A stretch of 40,000 nucleotides of DNA from Candidatus Gracilibacteria bacterium CG17_big_fil_post_rev_8_21_14_2_50_48_13 (GTDB taxonomy: Bacteria > Patescibacteriota > Gracilibacteria > 1-14-2-50-48-13), in the NCBI GenBank assembly GCA_002783265.1, contig PFFG01000006.1, positions 148,159 through 188,158 on the forward strand. Reading direction: 5' to 3'. The notes beneath the pieces are model-generated. The model saw nothing but the letters and a program-made list of their open reading frames with translations, was not told the origin of the DNA and searched no databases. Shown in pieces: positions 12,503 through 19,962 of this stretch (its first letter is position 1; each line of letters opens with the position of its first letter). The position numbers were made by a program, and so were the translations under genes.

Positions 12503-13168
12503 TTACGCGCGTACAGATTGCATAGCTACCCTGCGAAAGGTATTCCAGTCGTAGGAGAAGGAGGCAATTTCCTTCATTCGAACAATGGCTGCAAAGGCAT
12601 TCCAGACGTCGAAGGAGGCAAATAACAATGCGTTTCCGCGTTCCTTATAAGGATTATACTCTTCAATGAACGAAGGCAACAGTTTTGACTGACACGTTAT
12701 TATACCAGATCCGAACTCAATGAGCAACTTGCCAAAGTCCTCCAAATGCGGGGTTTTGTCGACAAACACAAAGGTGTCCATGCCAGAGAGCAGGGCCATG
12801 TCCGCCGTTGGATGTGCACCAAAGACAAAATGCGCCCCCTTCGCAAGACGAGGAAGCTTCTTGTCACTCTCCGTAAGAGTAATAAGCACAGGATAAACAC
12901 CCTCAAGATGTTCTAACGCCGTTAGGAGATTGGTGAGAAGATGCTGCTCGTCCTCATCGAGATCTGCCGCATCCTTTGACACAACAAGACCCACTAAGAA
13001 CGTTTTCCCGTCGAGTTTATTGCCCAGCAACTCGAGGAGAACATTTTTATTGGCGTTCTTTTTTGTGATGTTTTCTTCCGTATACAGAGAAAAGGGATCC
13101 GTCAGATTTTGCGGGGCATACTTGAGCAAGGAAGATGCTGGTCGTTTTGTTGGAGTTTTTGTTGCCAT
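12503..13168 (-). CDS. Hypothetical protein resembling only the C-terminal Rossmann half of a GT-B (glycogen-synthase-like) glycosyltransferase
   Basis: LVGLVVS...LEDFGKLLIEFGSGIITC...GNALLFASFDVWNAFAAIVRMKE...WNTFRRVAMQS follows the Glycos_transf_1 / GlgA C-terminal pattern. There is no N-terminal acceptor domain. Assignment made by eye only. Confidence 0.45.
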   Translation of the reverse strand: MATKTPTKRPASSLLKYAPQNLTDPFSLYTEENITKKNANKNVLLELLGNKLDGKTFLVGLVVSKDAADLDEDEQHLLTNLLTALEHLEGVYPVLITLTESDKKLPRLAKGAHFVFGAHPTADMALLSGMDTFVFVDKTPHLEDFGKLLIEFGSGIITCQSKLLPSFIEEYNPYKERGNALLFASFDVWNAFAAIVRMKEIASFSYDWNTFRRVAMQSVRA

Positions 13169-13321
13169 AAGAGTTTGCGAGGGAGAGGCGAAGAAGAATG
13201 TATCATCACATTCTATCGTATTTTTCCCTCCTTGGCTGTGTATTATAGATGCGTTTTTTCTATTTTATTGCGTAGTATACATATGAAAAATTGTGTTAAG
13301 ACGCAGCCAGAGCGGAAATTA

Positions 13322-13350
13322 TTGACTTCGTCACTCCCTTTCTTTAAGAT
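13322..13350 (+). promoter_or_regulatory. Candidate sigma70 promoter of the infC-rpmI-rplT operon
   Basis: TTGACT (13322-13327), 17-nt spacer, TAAGAT (13345-13350). Confidence 0.35.
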
Positions 13351-13385
13351 GGCAGGGATTTTCTTACTTTTTCACTTTTCGACGT

Positions 13386-13892
13386 ATCAAAAAAACGCGA
13401 ATCAACGAGCAAATCAGAAGTCCAGAGGTTATGCTTGTGCTTGAAGGACAGGCTCCTATGCATATGAGTCTTGAGCAAGCGCTCAATAAGGCTGAAGAAA
13501 TGGAGATGGATCTCGTTGAAATGAACCCTAACACTACCCCTCCCCTGTGTAAGATCCTCGATTACGGAAAGTTTCTGTATAAGAAGAGTAAACAGGAGCA
13601 GGACGCAAAAAAACGTCAAAAGGTTGTCGAAGTAAAAACCATTCGCTTTGGTTTTAACACGTCTGACCACGATCTCATGATTCGTGAAAAGCAGGCGCGA
13701 GGCTTTCTTGGAAAGGGCGATATTGTTCGCCTACAAGTCATGGGACGAGGCCGTCAGCTTGCCTACAAACCCCTTGCCTTAAAGAAAGTAGAAAATTTCA
13801 TTGAAAATCTAAAAGATGTTGCTACAGTAGACGCACCTCCAAAAATGGCAGGTAATTCCATTCTGGTCACTCTGAGGGCACAGAATAAGTAG
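13386..13892 (+). CDS. infC: Translation initiation factor IF-3 (non-canonical start codon inferred)
   Basis: The track ORF starts at ATG 13431, but the frame is open from 13326. The upstream codons encode IKKTRINEQIRSPEV, which is the conserved IF-3 N-terminus (INE.IR.PEVRLI). No ATG, GTG or TTG is available in that stretch. ATC at 13386 is the best candidate start. Confidence 0.85.
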   Translation: MKKTRINEQIRSPEVMLVLEGQAPMHMSLEQALNKAEEMEMDLVEMNPNTTPPLCKILDYGKFLYKKSKQEQDAKKRQKVVEVKTIRFGFNTSDHDLMIREKQARGFLGKGDIVRLQVMGRGRQLAYKPLALKKVENFIENLKDVATVDAPPKMAGNSILVTLRAQNK

Positions 13893-13934
13893 CGATACAC
13901 AACGCACGATCATCATTTCCTTTTGTTTTCTTTC

Positions 13935-14129
13935 ATGAAGCTCAAGACGCACAGTGGAGCAAAGAAGCGCATCCGCATCACCGGCAGTGGCAAAGCCATG
14001 TTCCAGAAATCTGCCAAACGACACCTTTTGACCAACAAGTCGAAGAAGGCGAAGAGCCGCGACAAAAACGGTATCATCGTTTCTAGCGCACACAAAAAGC
14101 GTCTGAAGAAACTCCTTCCCTACGCATAA
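13935..14129 (+). CDS. rpmI: 50S ribosomal protein L35
   Basis: MKLKTHSGAKKRIRITGSGK... is the classic L35 N-terminus. ATG at 13935 is preferred over the TTG at 13923. Confidence 0.9.
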   Translation: MKLKTHSGAKKRIRITGSGKAMFQKSAKRHLLTNKSKKAKSRDKNGIIVSSAHKKRLKKLLPYA

Positions 14130-14161
14130 TTTTTGCATAACTCCTCTTTTCAACATTTTTT

Positions 14162-14506
14162 ATGGCACGAGTAAAACGCGGTCTCACAAACCACCGCCGA
14201 CACAAGAAGATTCTCAAGATGGCCAAGGGCTATCGCAGTGTACGAGGTACCAACTACCGACGCGCCCTTGAGGCCGTTATGAAGTCTGGTCAGCATGCAT
14301 ACAAGGGGCGAAAGCTCAAGAAGCGTGACTATCGTGGACTGTGGATTGCACGTATCAACGCAGCAGTGCGCGCACATGGTATGAGCTACAGTGTGTTTAT
14401 CAACGCACTTTCTACGAAGGGTATCGATTTGAACCGCAAGGTTCTCGCCGATATGGCAGCAAACAATCCTGAAGCCTTTGCAAAAGTTGTTGCAAGCGTG
14501 AAGTAG
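14162..14506 (+). CDS. rplT: 50S ribosomal protein L20
   Basis: [26 protein letters not shown]...[10 protein letters not shown] is full-length L20. Confidence 0.95.
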   Translation: MARVKRGLTNHRRHKKILKMAKGYRSVRGTNYRRALEAVMKSGQHAYKGRKLKKRDYRGLWIARINAAVRAHGMSYSVFINALSTKGIDLNRKVLADMAANNPEAFAKVVASVK

Positions 14507-14532
14507 ATTCTCTTTTGAGAAGAATACATTGA

Positions 14533-14556
14533 AGCGGACGCAGGTCCGCTTTTTTG
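14533..14556 (+). terminator. Rho-independent terminator after rplT
   Basis: Stem agcggac (14533-14539), loop gcag, stem gtccgct (14544-14550), then T6. Confidence 0.7.
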
Positions 14557-14612
14557 TTGCCTCATGAAAAAAAGCTTGGCACTATGCTGGTACTATTTTC
14601 TCAACCTTTCCT

Positions 14613-15920
14613 ATGCTTCGACGCCTTCTCCTGACGATGGCAATGCTTGCGACCATGCTGCCGGCAGCTCATGCTGCAAGTACCCTGCAGTATGGACTCC
14701 ATAGTTTTGCTCTCCCTGCCGATATGACGCAGCCTCTCGTATACGAGGATTGCAGCGGCACGATAAAATTCACCACAGATTTCCGTTCCACGTGTACGCT
14801 GAATGGAAAAATCTACACCTCGTCGGACTGGAGCTGGGAATTTGACCTGTTTCGAGGCAAAAACATCGAGAATGCAACACCTGAGGACGAAATTGTGCAG
14901 CCAAAGGCGCTGGAAAATTTCAAAGCCATACTGAATATGGAGAAAAAAGTGAGCGATTTTTATACAGAGGATGGATTTTTACGATCGACGGAGGAACCTC
15001 TTTTTGAACTTGCCCCGTACTCCTTTGGGTACGAATACCAGCATGTGCGCGATGTGGAACCCCTCACCTTTGGCGATAGTCTCATTGGGTACATGTTTAC
15101 TCCCCTTACTTTTGGAGGTGACTTCCCCCCTTCTTATACACAGCGAATTGGCGCCCTGTACAATCGTGATTTGGATCTGCTCATTTTAGTCAAGTTGTCT
15201 CTGCCCTACGCCATGTACGACAACACCTACACGTACCTCATGGAGAATGGCCAGAAGGACAAGGCGGGTGACTTCGACTATACCTATTATACGGATCATC
15301 CCGAGGCACTTGTTGCCCTGATTGGTCAGGGTTTTGATGAAGCAGCGAAAAATGCACCTCTCCAGGAAACCTACGACGCTGTGACGCGCGCCCTGGTGAG
15401 CATAACCACAGAGGAACCTACCCGTTCCTTTCCGGATGTTTCTTTTGCCCACCCTCTCTACGATGCCATAGAGCTCGTAAAGGCTCGTGGATTAGTGGCA
15501 GGATATCCCGATGGAAGCATGAAACCCGATAATCTCATTAACCGTGCGGAGTTTCTGAAAATCCTCATTGGCGCCTCTGCAAAGGAGAAAATCCCCGGAG
15601 CAACGTCGAGTTGTTTTAAGGATGTGCAAAAAGACGCATGGTATGCACCATATGTGTGTTATGCAAAGGCGAAAAAGATCGTGGAGGGCTATGCAGATGG
15701 AAACTTTGGACCGGAAAAGAATATTAATCTGGCGGAGGCCCTCAAGATTGTGGCGGGAGCCTACGACTTGGATGGCACGAGCATGGATAACGCCTGGTAC
15801 AGTAAGTACATACAGATTGGCTACGATTATGGCATGCTTAAACGCATCATGAAAGAACCCGGTGATCTCGTGACGCGAGCAGAGATGTCCGAGTTTATCG
15901 CGCGCATGTTAACGGAATAA
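14613..15920 (+). CDS. Secreted protein with three C-terminal SLH (S-layer homology) repeats
   Basis: Signal peptide MLRRLLLTMAMLATMLPAAHA. SLH repeats: FPDVSFAHPLYDAIELVKARGLVAGYPDGSMKPDNLINRAEFLKIL, FKDVQKDAWYAPYVCYAKAKKIVEGYADGNFGPEKNINLAEALKIV, and a third, degenerate one. Confidence 0.8.
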   Translation: MLRRLLLTMAMLATMLPAAHAASTLQYGLHSFALPADMTQPLVYEDCSGTIKFTTDFRSTCTLNGKIYTSSDWSWEFDLFRGKNIENATPEDEIVQPKALENFKAILNMEKKVSDFYTEDGFLRSTEEPLFELAPYSFGYEYQHVRDVEPLTFGDSLIGYMFTPLTFGGDFPPSYTQRIGALYNRDLDLLILVKLSLPYAMYDNTYTYLMENGQKDKAGDFDYTYYTDHPEALVALIGQGFDEAAKNAPLQETYDAVTRALVSITTEEPTRSFPDVSFAHPLYDAIELVKARGLVAGYPDGSMKPDNLINRAEFLKILIGASAKEKIPGATSSCFKDVQKDAWYAPYVCYAKAKKIVEGYADGNFGPEKNINLAEALKIVAGAYDLDGTSMDNAWYSKYIQIGYDYGMLKRIMKEPGDLVTRAEMSEFIARMLTE

Positions 15921-15933
15921 GAGACAAGGAAAG

Positions 15934-15956
15934 GAGCCCCGCGGGGCTCTTTTTTT
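15934..15956 (+). terminator. Rho-independent terminator between the convergent SLH gene and cysS
   Basis: Palindrome gagccccgcggggctc (15934-15949) followed by T7. It overlaps the cysS stop codon. Confidence 0.6.
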
Positions 15957-17418
15957 ATGCCGAGATTTTTCGTAAAACCGGCCCGTCTTTGGTGTCCTCC
16001 ACCATGTATCCCGCTTCTTTAAGCTGGTCTCGCAAGCTGTCTGCAAGGGGCCAGTCCTTGGCTTCCTTGGCGGCATTGCGCTGCTCGAAAAGAGCACGCA
16101 CATCGGAAGGAATCTCACCACTTCCCTGCTCTTCAGGCCATGGGAGAAGCACCTCAAGGGCGCCATCGAGAGTTTCCAGCACACCAAGGGCCGCTTTCGC
16201 CTCTACGGAGGAAAGATTTTCCTCGTCCATGAGACCATTCATTTCCTTCATCCAGGTAAACAGCACGGCAAAGGCTTCGGGCGTATTCATATCATCTTCC
16301 AGTGCTTCCATGACGTCAAAGAGGAGGCCATTGAGAATTTCATTGAATTCCGGACGAATTGGACCATCAGTGGTCACCTTGGCGAGACGCTCCGTGAGTC
16401 GATCAAAGCTTGTCAGGGTGGCCTTTGCCTGATCGAGGGAGGTCCAGGAGAAATCCATGGTGCTGCGATAGTGTGCGGAAAGGTAGAGCATGCGCAGGGC
16501 ACGCATGGACACTTGCTTCTCGCGGAGATCCGCCAGGGTGTAGACATTGCCCTTGGACTTCGCCATGCGCGCGCCTTCCACCGTCATGTGTCCCGTGTGG
16601 AGCCACGTGTGGGCAAAGGGGCGCTTTTTTTTGGAAAGAGGCTCACTCTGGGCAATTTCACACTCGTGATGGGGAAATTTGTTGTCGACGCCGCCCCCAT
16701 GAATATCGAACCAGTCCCCAAGATATTTTCGCGCCATGGCGGAACATTCGATGTGCCAGCCCGGGTATCCACGCCCCCACGGGCTATCCCACATCATACT
16801 TTGCTCCTTCCCCACCACCCACAGCACAAAGTCGTTGGGAGAACGCTTGTCCGCTATCTGCTCCACGCGTCCGCTGGCGCCATCTTCCAGCTGATCGACG
16901 GTATTGCCGGAGAGTTTTCCGTAGTCAGGAAACGTAGAAATATCGTAGTACACACCTGAGGGCGTCGCGTAGGCGTGCCCCTGGGCGATGAGCTCTGCGA
17001 TCATGGTAATCATATCTTCGATGTGCTCTGTGGCGGGGCAAAGCACGTCAGGGCGCGCGCAATGCAGAGCATCAAGACCAGCGATATAATCCTGCGTATA
17101 AAAGGCCGCAATGTCCCAGACAGTTTTATTCTCGCGCTTGGCCGCTTTTTCCATTTTATCTTCCCCCGTATCGCTTGCGAGCACTTCATCGTCCGTTAAA
17201 TGCCCTACATCCGTGATGTTGGTCACATGCTTCACCCGGTAATCGAGAAAGCGAAGGGAGCGCACGAGTAGGTCCCAGTAGACATAGGTGCGATAATTGC
17301 CGATATGCGGGAAGTTATACACCGTGGGGCCACAGGTATAGATGGACACATGTTTATCGAGAATCGGTTTGAACTTTTCCTTGGTGCGCGAAAGCGAATT
17401 GTAGAAATGGAGAGCCAT
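15955..17418 (-). CDS. cysS: Cysteine--tRNA ligase
   Basis: HIGH motif (PHIGNYRTY), KMSKS variant (KMAKSKGN), and the class I CysRS layout including WHIECSAM. Confidence 0.95.
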   Translation of the reverse strand: MALHFYNSLSRTKEKFKPILDKHVSIYTCGPTVYNFPHIGNYRTYVYWDLLVRSLRFLDYRVKHVTNITDVGHLTDDEVLASDTGEDKMEKAAKRENKTVWDIAAFYTQDYIAGLDALHCARPDVLCPATEHIEDMITMIAELIAQGHAYATPSGVYYDISTFPDYGKLSGNTVDQLEDGASGRVEQIADKRSPNDFVLWVVGKEQSMMWDSPWGRGYPGWHIECSAMARKYLGDWFDIHGGGVDNKFPHHECEIAQSEPLSKKKRPFAHTWLHTGHMTVEGARMAKSKGNVYTLADLREKQVSMRALRMLYLSAHYRSTMDFSWTSLDQAKATLTSFDRLTERLAKVTTDGPIRPEFNEILNGLLFDVMEALEDDMNTPEAFAVLFTWMKEMNGLMDEENLSSVEAKAALGVLETLDGALEVLLPWPEEQGSGEIPSDVRALFEQRNAAKEAKDWPLADSLRDQLKEAGYMVEDTKDGPVLRKISA

Positions 17419-17537
17419 AGAGCGGTTGTTATTGCTATGGGAGTATAAGGAATCCGTCTAAAGGCGCAACAAATAGGAAGAAAATACGCACCTTCTCTTG
17501 CATTCCAGCCGTTTCGCACTACACTTCGTAACGGTCG

Positions 17538-17613
17538 CGGGGAGTGGCGCAGTTGGTAGCGCACATGGTTTGGGACCATGGGGCCGCAGGTTCGAGTCCT
17601 GTCTCCCCGACCA
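17538..17613 (+). tRNA. tRNA-Pro (anticodon UGG), CCA encoded
   Basis: Acceptor cggggag/ctccccg. D arm gcgc-agttggta-gcgc. Anticodon stem catgg/ccatg with loop uuUGGga. T arm gcagg-ttcgagt-cctgt. Confidence 0.9.
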
Positions 17614-17862
17614 CCTTTGTTCTATGAATGAGGAGTGGAACGACGAAGTGAATAGGTAACAAAGGTGGCATGGAAGCCAGGCTGTTTTTTGCCGACGACG
17701 CGCGGAGGAAAGCGCAGCTTTTCGCAGCAAGGAGGAGGTAAAAAACAGGAAGTGCCGACCGAAGGGCGGTGCTTATTTCTGCGTCAGCAGAAACCTGGGT
17801 GACATACCACAAGCACGAAACGCGCAGCGGAGTAGTCGTATAAGCATATATAGATATGGCAA

Positions 17863-18831
17863 TTAATCAAAAAAACCCTTTCTAAGAGCTTCCTCAAATT
17901 CTTTACGTCTTTGATCTCGATGCTTGTTCAATCGGTCGTTCATATCGTTTAAAGCATATTCAAATTCCCTGGAACTTGAACTAAAAGCTTCTTTGTAGGA
18001 ATGAGTCATAAAAAGTATGTTTTTTGTATTTACAGCCTCTGTACTTATCGACTGTCGTTTAAGATGCTTGCCCTTCTTATTAATAAATTCCTCTGGTTTG
18101 CGAAAGTGCTGACCATGAAAGTGAAGTATCACCCGGGGAGATAAAGACATATATTGTTCTCTTTCAAATAAACCTGGTCCACGGAATCCGTTTCTTTGCT
18201 GAGGAGACACATCAATTACCGGGGTGTCCGTCACAATAAATGACAAGTCTGATGAGCACGAAATGTACGCAGTGACTTTTCTCGAGTAGAGTAGGTTACC
18301 AAAAATAAGAGTCGAATTCACTATCATTTCAAGATGCGTAGAGTTATCTTCAAGACTATCTAGGTACTCATCTTCAATTTTTTTCAGTACTGCACTCTTC
18401 GCTTTCTGATCGAGATCTACCATACCTGCAGTAATCCGGCTCTTTCCCTCTTTTAACTGCTTTTTACCACCTTCAATCATATCTCGAAACTTTACTCCTC
18501 GTAACATCAGATGAGAGGCGAAGAAAGCTATATTGCGAATCTGCTGTTCAGAAATCTCCTTCCTGTCTATAACATCCTGCTCAAACTGCTTTACGATCGG
18601 TGCAAATTTCGTCTCAAAAATTCCCATATATTCTTCAAAGTCCTGGCTTGTTTGGTCTGCGATTCCCTTCCTCTGGGCATGAAAGTATTCTTGAGAGCAG
18701 CAGCTTTTCGTGGATCGTGCCCTAGTGAGTATTTTTCCTGTATCGATATTGTGAACAACCAGCATCTTTTTGACGGCGAATCGATTCAGCAAAAACTTTG
18801 GAGTCCAGTGTTGGTTTGCTTTCATACTCAT
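17863..18831 (-). CDS. DUF4238-family protein
   Basis: The N-terminus MSMKANQHWTPKFLLNRFA matches the DUF4238 'HyvPqfyLr.F' opening. Later motifs FIVTDTPVI ('f.tSDnPv') and MSLSPRVIL also fit. The ATG at 18831 or 18825 is preferred over the GTG at 18894. The gene is AT-rich (about 33% GC in a counted 60-nt line). Confidence 0.7.
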   Translation of the reverse strand: MSMKANQHWTPKFLLNRFAVKKMLVVHNIDTGKILTRARSTKSCCSQEYFHAQRKGIADQTSQDFEEYMGIFETKFAPIVKQFEQDVIDRKEISEQQIRNIAFFASHLMLRGVKFRDMIEGGKKQLKEGKSRITAGMVDLDQKAKSAVLKKIEDEYLDSLEDNSTHLEMIVNSTLIFGNLLYSRKVTAYISCSSDLSFIVTDTPVIDVSPQQRNGFRGPGLFEREQYMSLSPRVILHFHGQHFRKPEEFINKKGKHLKRQSISTEAVNTKNILFMTHSYKEAFSSSSREFEYALNDMNDRLNKHRDQRRKEFEEALRKGFFD

Positions 18832-19299
18832 ACACTTTGGGGTACATACGCTCCATCTTGTGGGTTGAGACAGTGAAAAGTCAAGATGAAGCACCGTGGG
18901 ATATGGTGATTGGTCAGTTAAAACGACACCTAGAATTGTCCAAGTTTCCCATAATCGACTTCATATTTCATTTCCTTCAGCTGCCTGGGCCGCACCGATA
19001 CCTTCCGTGCGGATACGGTGCATGATTGGCTCCTTGATCTCCGTCGAAACACGTTTACCTTGGGACATAATGCTGGGGTTACGAACAAAGAATCTTAAAG
19101 TTCATAGAATCTGTCCAGTATATGAGGTACTTGCTACTACGTCCTGCTGGTTCTCTCTCATCATTGCAACTATTGATAAAAGTTGTGTAAGACTTCTAAA
19201 CACAACTTCATGGAAGAAGTTCGGAGAAGAGGTATTTGCCAACAGGTTGTGATTTGACAGAAGCCGTATATACTTACAGCTATACCCTATGATAATATC

Positions 19300-19962
19300 A
19301 TGTCTTTAACTACCAGTGAAGTTGCAGAAAAACGATATCAAGCATGTACAAGCATGGTTCAATTGAGTTGGTTTATTATGTTCATTTCTGTAGATCTATT
19401 AAATCTAGATATTTTAGAATCACGCTTATCTTCTAAAGAGGCAACCGATTTAAATGATGAAGTTATAGAAATGCTTAGAAAGGCATTAGATTTATCATAT
19501 CTAGATATTTTAAAATTGCGCTCATCTTCAAAAGAGACAACCAATTTATATGATGAAGATATAGACATACTTAGAAAGGAGCTGGAGAATTTTTCTGCAG
19601 AAATAAAATCTATTGCCAAACAGTTATGCCAATACTGGGGTATCGATCCAAAGATCTATTGGAACATACATTTTGATACTAATGGAAAGCTACAGGAAAA
19701 CCCACTTCCACCATTTGAAGAAATTGCAAAGGAAATGGTAGATGTCGTTTTGCTTCAGAATCAAGACGAAATTGTATATACTCATCTCTACTTTTGTAAA
19801 CAACTTATTGCTGGCACCATAAGGTTAGGAGGATTTCAAGAGAAAGTACCTAAAATTTTAGCTAAAAAAATTGAGTCTGCATTTGTATCTAGTACATTAA
19901 AAGCAAAATTGTTTTGCGAAGTTTTTGGTTTTGATTTCACTGCTTTATTAGCTAGTGCTTAG
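19300..19962 (+). CDS. Orphan hypothetical protein with an internal 32-aa tandem duplication
   Basis: 220-aa ORF in the AT-rich islet. It contains LDILESRLSSKEATDLNDEVIEMLRKAL and a second copy LDILKLRSSSKETTNLYDEDIDILRKEL. I recognise no family. Confidence 0.55.
   Translation: MSLTTSEVAEKRYQACTSMVQLSWFIMFISVDLLNLDILESRLSSKEATDLNDEVIEMLRKALDLSYLDILKLRSSSKETTNLYDEDIDILRKELENFSAEIKSIAKQLCQYWGIDPKIYWNIHFDTNGKLQENPLPPFEEIAKEMVDVVLLQNQDEIVYTHLYFCKQLIAGTIRLGGFQEKVPKILAKKIESAFVSSTLKAKLFCEVFGFDFTALLASA
19405..19579 (+). repeat. Two copies of a ~79-bp segment with 96-bp period (in-frame duplication)
   Basis: 19405-19483 and 19501-19579 both begin ctagatatttta... and end ...cttagaaagg. Hand alignment gives about 85% identity. 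Confidence 0.7.

Noticed and set aside
14576-14592. Sigma-54-like element TGGCAC upstream of the SLH gene
   Set aside because: The -12 GC is not at the required spacing (tggcactatgctggt places GC at +10/11 instead of +14/15).
17701-17800. RNase P RNA (GGAGGAAAG… and …CAGAAACCUGGGUGA resemble the two P4 strands) or SRP RNA (hairpin with a GAAG loop)
   Set aside because: The two motifs are only ~85 nt apart and the whole non-coding gap is ~250 nt, too short for bacterial RNase P RNA. The P4 complementarity is not present. The hairpin lacks the SRP domain IV consensus (GGAA loop, AGCA bulge). An Infernal scan would settle it.
18961-18963. TGA recoding (genetic code 25/4) to fuse the HTH-like mini-ORF to DUF4238
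   Set aside because: TGA is used as a genuine stop in well-defined genes here (the kinase gene at 11981-11983 and the membrane gene at 20608-20610). DUF4238 proteins also normally begin with the HyvPqF motif found right after the internal ATG.
18896-19252. 118-aa plus-strand ORF (GTG start) in the islet intergenic region
   Set aside because: It has an odd W/C/R-rich composition, no SD, and overlaps both the mini-ORF and the hairpin. It is probably non-coding, but I cannot exclude it without comparative data.
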